From contig CM022677.1 of the NCBI GenBank assembly GCA_012295275.1, positions 6,820,001-6,884,000 on the forward strand: a DNA stretch of 64,000 nt. Direction: 5' to 3'. Made by a program: the position numbers and the translations under genes. Shown here piece after piece: positions 38,820 to 50,714 of the stretch; the stretch's first letter is position 1; every line of letters begins with the position of its first letter. The notes beneath the pieces were generated by a model. That model saw nothing but the letters and a program-made list of their open reading frames with translations. It was not told the DNA's origin and did not search any database. Origin of the DNA: Chrysomallon squamiferum. Lineage: Eukaryota; Animalia; Mollusca.

Positions 38820-41220
38820 TATTTAACCTCTCAAGTTCAAATACATCATCAGTGATTAAACCACTCTATTCTTTTTCTTCCATAATAATAAAATCATTAT
38901 CAGCTGTTCTACTGTTGAAGTCACCAATAAGACAGATTGTGTTACACTTATTAACAAATGACAAATATACATTTTCAGGCTGGTCAAAATCATCATCAGA
39001 CGAATAATACGAATTCTCTGTTGGAATATATACAATACAATTAAAATGTTATCATCTGTGTGTAAAACCCTGCTTTCTGTGTCCAGCCACATAATACATT
39101 TACACTGTGATTCGATAATACTTATTTTAGTAGATAATTTTTTGTATACACAGCTACACCCCCAGATTTACAATGAAATAAAGAAACTGTTTTTAGCATA
39201 TGCTTTATAATAAAGAATATTAATTAGTGATGGTTTCAAGTATCTCTGAGCTTACTTACCAAACCTCACACATTAATCTTATTAGTTTTAAAACTTAAGG
39301 GCTTACTTTGTTATGATTTTTGTGTGGGGTATTTTTACAAATGAGAGAGTTTTCTGACATTTGCTCAACACTGATTTCACTTGATAAGACTTGTCCTCCT
39401 CCAATTTCCTATTGCACTGAGTGAACGGACTTATCTCAGTCAGAGTTTGGGTTGTGTTGTGTGATCTCTGTTGTCTTGTTTCTGTTGTGTGATCTCTGTT
39501 GTCTTGTTTCTGTTGACTGAGTTGTTATGTTTGTGTTGTGTGATCTCTGTTGTCTTGTTTCTGTTGGCTGAGTTATTATGTTTGTGTTACTGTGATCTCT
39601 GTTGTCTTGTTTCTGTTGGCTGAGTTATTATGTTTGTGTTACTGTGATCTCTGTTGTCTTGTTTCTGTTGGCTGAGTTAGGTTTGTGTTGTGTGATCTCT
39701 GTTGTCTTGTTTCTGTTGTCTGAGTTGTTATGTTTGTGTTGTGTGATCTCTGTTGTCTTGTTTCTGTTGGCTGAGTTAGGTTTGTGTTGTGTGATCTCTG
39801 TTGTCTTGTTTCTGTTGTCTGAGTTGTTATGTTTGTGTTGTGTGATCTCTGTTGTCTTGTTTCTGTTGGCTGAGTTGTTATGTTTGTGTTGTGTGATCTC
39901 TGTTGTCTTGTTTCTGAGTTGTTATGTTTGTGTTGTGTGATCTCTGTTGTCTTGTTTCTGTTGACTGAGTTGTTATGTTTGTGTTGTGTGATCTCTGTTG
40001 TCTTGTTTCTGTTGGCAGAGTTGTTATGTTTGTGTTGTGTGATCTCTGTTGTCTTGTTTCTGAGTTGTTATGTTTGTGTTGTGTGATCTCTGTTGTCTTG
40101 TTTCTGTTGACTGAGTTGTTATGTTTGTGTTGTGTGATCTCTGTTGTCTTGTTTCTGTTGGCTGAGTTGTTATGTTTGTGTTGTGTGATCTCTGTTGTCT
40201 TGTTTCTGTTGACTGAGTTGTTATGTTTGTGTTGTGTGATCTCTGTTGTCTTGTTTCTGTTGTGTGATCTCTGTTGTTTTGTTTCTGTTGACTGAGTTGT
40301 TACGTTTGTGTTACTGTCTTCTGGCCCTTCCTGTCGCAGTGTCACCATTTAAGTCTTTTTCCTTGCCATTTTGCTGAAATGTGGATATAGTAATTTTCTC
40401 CTGTCATTAATTTCTTTCGGGAATTGTTCATTAACCCTGTATTGCTTGTTTATCAGTGTTTTGAGTTTATAAGTGTTGCAGCTCTTCTCACAATTTATAC
40501 AAAATGAATTTAGCAACAATAGGCCTTATATATCCATCAAACTTCTTACCCAGTCAGTTCACTCCTAGAACATCGATATTATTTTCTACTTTCATTTCAT
40601 TTTTTATAAAACTTTGCAACTCCTCATCTGTGTCTTTTCTGGTATCCCACTACAGATTAAATTGTCACACATCAAGCAAGTTTGTAGGTAATCTTTTCTT
40701 AAGTTTCCAAACTCAGTTTTAATTCACATGTTTGTTGTTTCATATGTTAGTATTATCTCTCATTTCACAGGTAGAAACTGTTCATATCTGACACAACAGA
40801 TTTCAGATCTCCACGGTTTTTTTTTTCCTTTCAAACTGTTAGAGAATGTAATTCATACCCCTTTTCCATATCTTGTACTTTTTTCTTAATATCAATCATT
40901 TCACCACTGATATCTTGTACAGTTATTTCCATACTATTCAGTTGTTTTTTCAATCATGTCCAGTTTTTCCAGTTTATCGCACATTATATCTAACTTTCTA
41001 GTCAAAGAATCTAATTTTATACTGACATCTTGACAGTTCACAACTGGTGAAATTAACCCAGAATACTGACCATGGGATCATTAGGTTTGTCCATATTGTC
41101 CATACTGTGACTGCTGAGACTGTTGAATTGGTGCTGACTGATAAAATGGTGCAGATGAACATCTCGTTATTCTGTGTATTTGACATCCTTGTAATAGCGA
41201 CTTCTTGACCAGCTTGGCTA
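38820..41220 (-). mobile_element. Non-LTR retrotransposon 5' half (ORF1 + APE endonuclease), decayed
   Basis: ORF1 coiled coil and YRVNEQFPKEINDRRKLLYP (~40380-40445); endonuclease GGVAVY...VYIPTENSYYSSDDDF...CLIGDFNSRT (39165-38900). Confidence 0.8.
39450..40315. repeat. Tandem repeat, ~51-bp unit, ~17 copies, inside the LINE
   Basis: Unit ttgtgtgatctctgttgtcttgtttctgttggctgagttgttatgtttgtg with 44/51/52-bp variants. Confidence 0.95.
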
Positions 41221-41520
41221 CTGCTTACCCTTATTTTCTGTTCACTTTCTTCATTTACATTTTTACTCTTTTTAACTTTTATATTTTATGTTGCATACTC
41301 GTGTATATTTAGCAATAATTTACATTGATAAAAACAGATAAAATACCTTTATTACTAATAAACATTATTTGTTTTCACAGAGAGATGAGAGACATGACTT
41401 TCATTTCCATGCATGTGTTATGGGAAGTAATGGTTACTCGTGTTGGGAACATTAAACAACCACACAAAAAAGAACTTGAAGAGACCAAGTAAGTTAACAC
41501 TCTTCTTTTCTTTTTCCTTT

Positions 41521-41720
41521 NNNNNNNNNNNNNNNNNNNNNNNNNNNNNNNNNNNNNNNNNNNNNNNNNNNNNNNNNNNNNNNNNNNNNNNNNNNNNNNN
41601 NNNNNNNNNNNNNNNNNNNNNNNNNNNNNNNNNNNNNNNNNNNNNNNNNNNNNNNNNNNNNNNNNNNNNNNNNNNNNNNNNNNNNNNNNNNNNNNNNNNN
41701 NNNNNNNNNNNNNNNNNNNN
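41521..41720. other. Assembly gap (200 N)
   Basis: Run of n characters. Confidence 1.
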
Positions 41721-42149
41721 CAAACCCTGCTAATATACAAACACTGGTAATATACAAACCCTGCTAATATACCACACACAGCAGAAGTGATGCTGTTTTT
41801 AATTGCATCTCACTATAAACATTCCTTCCACTTGTGATTTTGATATGAACAACAAATATTTGCATGTTAGAAATGGTCAAAACTATATTTTTTCCCAAAG
41901 TTAATTCATTGAGTGTAAGAACGGTTTCAAGGGAGAGGTCTGTTAAACTGCAACAAAAGTATGTCATCCCGCCGCAACCTTTAAAATTTGAGATTTTTCA
42001 TTTTTCTTTTAGCTGCAGCTACAAACACCTCTAGTCCCATACTTGTGATACACAACCAAAAAATAAAAACAGCGACAGTCTGATTTGAGATTATTTATTG
42101 ACCAGCTTCCTTCATAAACAATGATTAATTAAAGTACTGACAGCAGCTG

Positions 42150-42593
42150 TTGTAGTAGTGAGAAACCGTTTGTATATAAGACGTCCTATTTTCGACACCA
42201 GTGGTGAGTCACTGAGATTCGCTATATTTTTAATTATATTATTTTGTTCTTGGGTTTATTGTTATTAATACTTGTTTACGTTAACGTTCATTTATTTCAG
42301 ATGAACATTTAAAATGTTGTTTTTATTTCAGTGTTATTGCTTGAACATGGACGCTCACATGAAAATATGTTTACTTTCTCTTACTGTTTGTTTATATCTC
42401 TGTAGCAGCCAATATTATACTTCAGTGTTTATATACTTGCAAAACAATCAGTTTTAATAAATACTGTTAATTTATATTGCTGTATTATTTATATGTAACA
42501 TTATGTTTATATATGCTATTGTTTATAGAAATCTGAAGACAAAAAATAATAATAATAATAAATAAAATAATAATAAATAAATAAATAAAATAA

Positions 42594-42624
<31 letters not shown>

Positions 42625-44794
42625 GTAAAAAGAAACAAAAATAAAGGTAGCAAATATTTAGGAAAAACAGATATAATAGAAAGTAAATAAAGCAAATCAC
42701 TTTTCTTTTCACTCTAATAACTATTGAAACAGCCCTATTCTTTTATTTATTTATTTATTTATTATATGTAAAATAATAAAATTTAACTTCATAGCTATTT
42801 AAAGTAAAAACAGTTCACACGTGAACCTGCTGGTTTTAGGTACTTAACAAGTTATTAATGTGTTTATCTCTTTTTTACAAAATTGGTTGAAATTAATATT
42901 GGTTTCAGACGAGCGTGTGGTTTCCTGTCTATTGTCGCAGACGGCAGAAGCTAAGACGGCATTCGGGAAGGTCCGGAATGATCCGAATTGTCACGACCAG
43001 TTTTACGATACTGGGTCAGCGAGACTCGCGGTTTTGTTTATCAAGACTACAGTCAACTGGTATCCGGCCTTCAAAATTAATGTTTATAAAAAGATGTTGC
43101 AAATTAAGGTAATCCGGTACGTCCAATTATCGAACTACGGGCAAACCTTTTATGTGAAATCAATATTTGAGATAAAGTCATTAATAGTGGCTCTTGTAAT
43201 ATAACTTAAAGATAAACAGGTCAAGTCGCCCGAATGGAACTTTGTCCGTTTCAAGCCCTGTATCAGTGTATTACAGTGTGTACAGTATATTAATATAATT
43301 ATACAATATAGGCCTATATATATTTCGTTATGTAATCATTAAAAATATATATGTATATACACATTTTTAATAAACTTGTTGTTATGAAGTGGATAGGTAT
43401 ATTTAAAAATTCATTTAAATTTTATTGTGTGTGAAAGACATATTTATATATACATATTTATCAGCTAATAGTAATATGATTCATGCTGGTATTCTCAAGA
43501 AAAATACAATTGTTATTGTTCTTGTTATTATTATTATTATTATTATTATTGTTGTTGTTGTTGTTGTTGTTATAAAATCTTTTACAACTATTAATCATGT
43601 ATATTTGTTATATTTTTATTTTGTATTTACAGATGGTTGAATTTTTGTCATGTCATTTCACTTGGCCTGTAGTTCTGGAATTATCACAGTTGTGTCTGTG
43701 TTATCTGTGCAGAAGGTTTTTAACAGACCAGAGGTTTGAAATTCATTTTTGTATTGGTATCACAGATCTGATTAAGCTACTATAACATTAAACATCGTAA
43801 ATTATTATTAAACAAATTTTGCATAAAAAATCTTATGTTTTGAAGATGAACAAAAAAAATAATAATAATAAAAAGACAAGGAAATGAATTTATTGTTTTT
43901 AAAAACAGAAAGAAGTAAGATTATGCATAAATAAAATAAATTACTTTTCATCCATCCTAAATATTTATTTTATTTTCTTTATGGGAAATAATCTTTTTTA
44001 AGAAAAATGTTTCACACAATGAAAGTTTTGTCACTAAACTGAAATAAAAGAAATGAAGTTTTCCTTTTTGTTGGTTATTATGCAAAATAATAAAATCCAG
44101 AAAAATCGGAGCAAAATAAATTTATTCTGATAAATAATTTGTAATTTTAATATTTTAGGTCTTATTTAAATGGTAATTTGTTTTTGTTTCTAAAGATTAC
44201 CAATGATAAATTTTATACTTTTTTTTTTAGTTAACTATAATTGTCTTTATTATAATAATATTTATAATAAATGTATTTTTTGTTTTTTTACTTAACTCAT
44301 TTTATTGTTAAGGTTTATAAATGATAAATGTAATTTATCACTTTACTGGATAAACAAGCCCATGCTGTCCAGAAAAAAGGTCAGGTTTCTTCAGGCCAAG
44401 GATGACCACTTGACCATGTGTGTAGTGCACAGTTCAGTGAAGAACAATCACTTCTCCAGTCCTGACTGTTAAGGGAAATTTGTACAGACTCAGACACTCA
44501 GATGTACTCAACATGTTTATAAACAGATACTGGGTATAATGGACAGGTAATTCAGTTTACTACCAGATTTTATCAACTTTAAAATAATAAATTATTTAAT
44601 TTCACCTGATAATGTTTTAATATTAATATCATTACATATAATTTTATTGTTTATTTGTAAATACAGACTTTGTCATTGATTTAGCAATTGTGATAACATA
44701 GCTGTAAGAGGAAATAATCAATTGAACATGTATTTTAGAAAGTTTAAATTTAAAATTTAGAATAAGATAAAGATTATAGATTTTATTTGTTATC

Positions 44795-44827
<33 letters not shown>

Positions 44828-46221
44828 TATATTTTATTTTTAAAATTATTAGATTCATACTTATAGGTTCTGACTTGATTTGTTCAAGTTTCTTTTACAC
44901 AGACACATCCCCAGATAATAAGAAGTAAAGGAACATAAGAAATATTTTAATAAATTACACAACTTTATTTTATTTTTTAAATTTTATTTCACTCAACATA
45001 TATATATCTGTTGAAAACATCACTGCAAAATTAAAATGAAGGCATAAAAATGAAGAAATCAAAAATGTACAATTAATGTTTTATTTTCAGAAACAAGCTG
45101 GATGTTATATCAGAATCACCACAGAGTACAGAAATCTATTTACATCAGATTCTTACAGCAAAGAAATCACAGGACAGTTACAGACAATCAGATGTTTTAC
45201 ATGAGTGCTGTTTTAACAGGCTGAGTGATTGGTAAGTAAACTGTATGTACATCACATTTCTAATACTATTACTGACATTTTTGTTTTAAATGTATGAATG
45301 TCATGTCTGATGTTTTGGACACAAGCTGGTGTTGCACACAGAGTACAGAAATCTATTTACAGCAGTTTCTTCACATCATGTTAGTTTAACTGTCTGCTTG
45401 ACTGATAAATAAATGTAAACTTTTCACTCACAAATTTTAATAAACTTTTCCCTAAGGCCTTTCAGTAACCATGAAGTGTCAAAATTAATTTTAAATGGTC
45501 TTTTTCAGATGATAGTTATTAATTATTATTTTTGATAATGACAGAGTGAGAGAAAAAACTCTACATTTTCACTCTAAATTAAGACAGCTATTTTTATGTG
45601 CAGTTTTCAGTTACATTTTTTAATACATGAGTAACAGACTGCACAAATCAAGATTGATACTACAATCTGTTACTTCTCATCTCAACTCTCTACTTTTAAG
45701 TCACAAAACAGAACCTTTGAATGATGTCTAGTCTTCATTTTACATGTCAAATTCTATAATCCACATTCAGAGGTAAATTTTATAATCAAGACATATTAAT
45801 ACTGTTTATACAATTCTGAATATTATTTGTTTCAGTAAAAACACATTTATTTTTGTTTTAAATTTCCAGGGTTGTTTATAATGAGAAGTGTTAATGACAA
45901 TCATCTGTTCATTCTAAATGGCTTCTCTACTTGCCTCCAAGTTTTTCAAGTTTTCTGATCACACTGAACTAAGCAAGCAGAAGAAATAACAGAAGATGAA
46001 ACATCTCAACAAAAAAAATAAAAAGAAGCTGAATGTGTGGAGAATACTGAGAACTTCTAGAAAAATCCACACCAAAGAAAAGTTTAAAAACATTACTTGT
46101 GTGAGTCATGGACTACTTACTGAATAATTTATAAAACTGTGATTTCAGACTGGAAGTCACAATGTTGTTCATACAAGATGTAGTTACATACAGATCAGTA
46201 CACATAATGTTTTGACCAGAC
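42150..46221 (+). pseudogene. Decayed spliced exon chain of unknown product (unit TU4)
   Basis: CpG-retaining start with donor cagtg|GTGAGT at 42204; exons ttacag|43633-~43913|gtaaga, ~44345-44546|gtaatt, ttcag|45091-45231|gtaagt and tccag|45870-~46221|gtatat. Stops in the longer exons. Confidence 0.4.
42900..43260 (-). mobile_element. Non-autonomous DNA-transposon end (CAGGGCTTGAAA terminus), copy 3, CpG-intact
   Basis: Homologous to 14860-15218 and 6670-6900. Confidence 0.65.
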
Positions 46222-47199
46222 ACAGCACCAAGTTCAAAAAGGTATATTTTAAAAAATGATTTATATTAAAAAAAGATTACTTTAATTTAAAGACTTAATT
46301 TTTTAAAGGTGTTTGGTCCAGGGGAGATAATTTCATTTTTCTGTTTTACTTTTTGTATTTCTTATTTTATTTTATTTTTTTAAATCTACTGAATTATCTA
46401 TACCAAATATAAAATAACAAAGAACACCAAGACTTCTGGTAAAGATTTAGCCAATAAACTTATCTTAATAAAACATAAAATGGAAGTAGATAATTTTGTT
46501 TTTTTGGAAGATATATCAGAAATTATAAATTTTCTGATTACAAGTTATTTGTTAATTTTTTTTGTAAACAAATAACTTGGTATTTATTATTTCATTAATT
46601 TGAATGTTTTATTATTATACTTTTGTTGGATAGATCAGAAGTCTTGGTATTTTTATATTTTACAACACCCTTTGCTCTCATCTTCAAAACCTTATAAAAC
46701 ATTTTAAAACAAATTAAATTTAAAAGTTCAATTATATCAGGCTTTTCTAAATTTGTAATTAACGATTTTTATACCATTTTTCTAAAATTATGTTTTTTAT
46801 ATGAAAAAGTAGTTTTGAACTTGTTTTCTTGTTGAAATAAATATTTCAAATTATTTTGTATTCTGTTTTTAATTTAATATTTTTAGCTAACATTATCAAA
46901 CATCCTAACATGAGGAATATTTTTATTTACATAGGTTTGGTACATTAACTGAAACTTAATAAACATTATAAATTCTTACATATTAGTAGCTGTACAAAAT
47001 TATTTGAATTTTCTGATTCAGGGTGAGTGCATGAAATGTCTGTAACACAGTAAGAAAAAAAAAACACAGACTAGTTTAGACTGTTTATTTTAAGAAAAGT
47101 AAATAAATTTGATTTCATATATTTATTTATTTGTATTTTAAAAATTGAAAAACAAAACAGATTTTATCTAGTCAGTAAGAGATATAAACATTTACTCAG

Positions 47200-50100
47200 T
47201 CTATCAGGATTTTTTCTTCACGCTGTTAAACTAGAAGTGAAAACATCAGCCTAAGAGACACACACTGATGTACTGGGTGAACCAAAACACATTTTCTGAA
47301 CATTAACACCTCATATTTCCTATGTCACAGTTTGATGTGTAGATTGGGAAAACAATTCCTGACTGCAGCACTGCAAGAAGACAGCAACTGTTACAGTCAC
47401 TGATACTGCATTGTCCCACTCTGCTGTATGAGTCAGGTAAAGGACTAGCTCAGTCCTTCGTATCGTCAGTTTGGTGAGACATCACTCTCATGAACACTGC
47501 CTTCCCAAGTTTCTGTCTCATCTTGTTCTGCTGTTTTCTTCTCTCTGTTTCCTTTCTCTTCTCACCCAGCTTCAGTTTCAGACGTCACCTGCTCTTCAAC
47601 TTCCTGACTGTTGTGTTTGCCACCGTCATGCACTGTCCTCTCAGTCATCTGCCAAGTGCTTTCATTTGACAACATAACAAATGAAGTGTTTAAACAAACA
47701 TCAGCTTATTTTCACAAGAACACAGACTTCAACAGCACTCTGCCGTTTACATGTTGTTTCTGTCCATGTAAACCATCACAGAACCATCAACATCGCTATC
47801 TTCTGAAACAGGAACAGAGGGTAAGGAAACTTCAACACAAACATCCGGATTAATGTAAAACACTTCATAGCCTCTGTTTGCCATCTGACATTGACCTTCA
47901 CCTACATTATTTTCAGTTATCCGTGGTGTTAGCCGAGTGTTAGACAATGGACTGACACTTACTGGTTCATCTAACAGACAACTCTGTGTGGTGTTGAGGT
48001 CCAGAGAGGCAGTGGCTTCCACAGTTATGTCCCCTTGACTTGGAAATCCATCAGCTGTGACATGGGATGTATGAGGAAATTTCCTAGACATTGTTGAAGA
48101 TGTTGTCCTGTTTCTTGGAGTTTTGTCTCTTTCCTGTGTTTTTCTTTGGCTGGTTTTAGTATTAAAGCTTCAAGTTTTTCTCCCTGATTGCTCACATTTG
48201 ACTGTTGAGATTGGTCACCTGGTGTAGTAACACTCTACAACTTCATGCTGTCAGAGTTGTTGTAGTTGGACGTGGTCGGCTGCAGTGTGTGTTGCATGTC
48301 CAGGTAAACAAAACTGAGCTGCTCACTGGTGAAACTTTGACACAAGACTGAGTCGAATCTGATGTTGGACAAGAGTGAAGAACACACTGGTCTGAATCTG
48401 ACTGGTGAGAGCACCATCTCGTCTGTGTAAATAAATAAATCAATAAAATACTGAATAAAATATTAAGTAAATAAACAAACATATAAAATACTGAATAAAC
48501 TATTAACTAAACAAACAAACAAACAAATAAAATATTGAATAAAATATTAACTAAAACAAACAAATGAATAAAATAGTAAATAAAATAGTAAATAAAGTAT
48601 TAATCATTTTTCTTTCTTCTTCCCCCTATTCACCTAACAAATATATTTTAATACTATTATTGTTATAACTACTACAACAAAAAAAACAACAACTACTACT
48701 ACTACTACTACTACAACCACTACTGTTCCTGTTTCTACACCTACTTTTCATTTTACTTTTATCATAGTAATTTCTCATTTAACTGTTATATACTCAAACT
48801 ACTATTATTGCAACACTAAATCTACTATTAGTACCAATACTACTACTACTACAACTAGTACTATGTCTCAAGCAAGTATTTTTCTGACTGAGTCACACAA
48901 GATACATTATGAACACAAAGCATTGTTGGCTAAAATATCACCTATTACTACAAACAAGAATGATTATTATCAAGTACTAATGCTATAATAACCACACTAC
49001 TACAACAATGAGTTTACTACTACTACTGCTGTTACTGTAAGAACAACGACAACCTCTGCAGATGCTTCTGTTCCTGCCAGGCTAGTACAGATTCTTTGAT
49101 GACATTTCTCTCCTGTGGTGAGCTCACAGAATTACCTCTTCTTGTGTACTGAGCAGTTTCTGAAAAACAAGTTTTTATTTATTTACCTTTGTTGATACAA
49201 AATATTTCTCTTACTCAATTCTTAGAATCATCAAATTACAGTGAAAACTAAAAGATGGCAAAATTAATTTTTAAACTTTCAGATAAAAACAAAATAAAGT
49301 GAACTGCATTCTGGGAATTGAAAACAAAACAAGAAATGGTTTTTGTTACTCTTACTTGTGTCTTAGTACAAATATAAACTAACAAGAAATGAAACAATGC
49401 AAATGGAAATAAGGAAACATGGAAGTAAACTAAGTTATCCTGCTATTTGTATACACAGTTAATTTACTTGTTACTGTAGACTATCCTTGCACTAGTCTGT
49501 TTTTCTTACTCTGTATTGAGAATATTTTACCAATACCAAAACTGAGAACAATGTAAGTAGATTGTTAAACAGAAAACTTAATGTGTGTGTTTTTCATACC
49601 AGTTTTTTGAGAAACTTCTCTGTCTGTCTGCTGTCTGTGTGTGTCCCATTCTGATGTTTAGGTAACAACATCTGTCTGTTTTGTGCTATGTTCCTATCAA
49701 GCAAAATAAAAAAAATAATTAATAAAAAATTTTAATGCCTTTATTAACAACATTATTTACTATTATATATATATATCAATGCCATTTGCAGATACAAATG
49801 AATATTTGTTGATAAAAATATATTTAAGCTATTTTATTTCAAATGTGCATGCATGCATTCAGACATACTGATAAACACATACACGGTCTGAGGTAATGAA
49901 TAATTAAAGATAAGTATATTTTTAATATAGTCTAAATTCTTAATTAAAAAAAATTCGGTACATTTTAAATATATATCATTATAACCTGATTATTGATAAA
50001 TATAAATTCTGCTAAAATAAAGAAGAAATATTTTATTTAAGAACATACATCACATATTTTTTACAAGTTCTTTGTATTTCAAAAAGTGAATGACAATAAA

Positions 50101-50647
50101 GCATTAAAAAATGTGTTTAATATAAACTTTTTTTATTAGTAGCCTTCTCAAATACTGAACATTGTATAAAGATCTTTCAAAGCCTGAAATCATCCATTTT
50201 AAATAATAAAAATTGTTTTACATACATAAAAGCATCCCTCTAAATATACACTAAAACTGAATAGTATAAATCCCAATTTTTCCAGTACAATAATAAATTT
50301 CATAAATTAATATAATGAAAGATTAATTAAAAAATCTCACAAAACTTACTTTCTGCTTCCTGACCAATCAGAAGCTGTCCTGTCTCTGTCAGTTTTATCA
50401 CTTCTATCCAGAAGAACTGCTCTGCAGGAAAGACTCAGAGTTTTTCTCGTATTCTATTTCAGGTGTACAGGAAGTCCTTGTAAGTGAAGTGGAAAAATTG
50501 ATGAGAATGTTTTGATGAGGCAAAGATTATATAAAGAATTAGGTATTCCTAACCCATCTTTCAAACATGTATCTAAGAAAAAATAAATAACAATGAGGCA
50601 GTTAATATCTAATAATACAGGAAAAAATAAGGAGGAGGATATATGAC

Positions 50648-50714
<67 letters not shown>

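Larger units (their letters stand above)
35092..41520 (+). pseudogene. IRAG: IRAG/LRMP fragment, copy B (inverted relative to copy A; last intron expanded by TEs)
   Basis: 35092-35765 is the reverse complement homologue of ~12570-11880 (exon end 35120, exon 35506-35636). Exon 41381-41488 plus donor gtaagttaacactc matches 11557-11446. Confidence 0.85.

Noticed and set aside
41375-41779. ORFs spanning X runs
   Set aside because: Artefacts of the N gap.
44405-44450. HVCSAQFSEEQ as a THAP domain
   Set aside because: The catalytic-position His is absent and no upstream C2/FP/W motifs were found; too short to call.
46423-46652. ~18-bp inverted repeat (accaagacttctg / cagaagtcttggt) as a MITE
   Set aside because: Short and imperfect, with no clear TSD and no second copy in the window.
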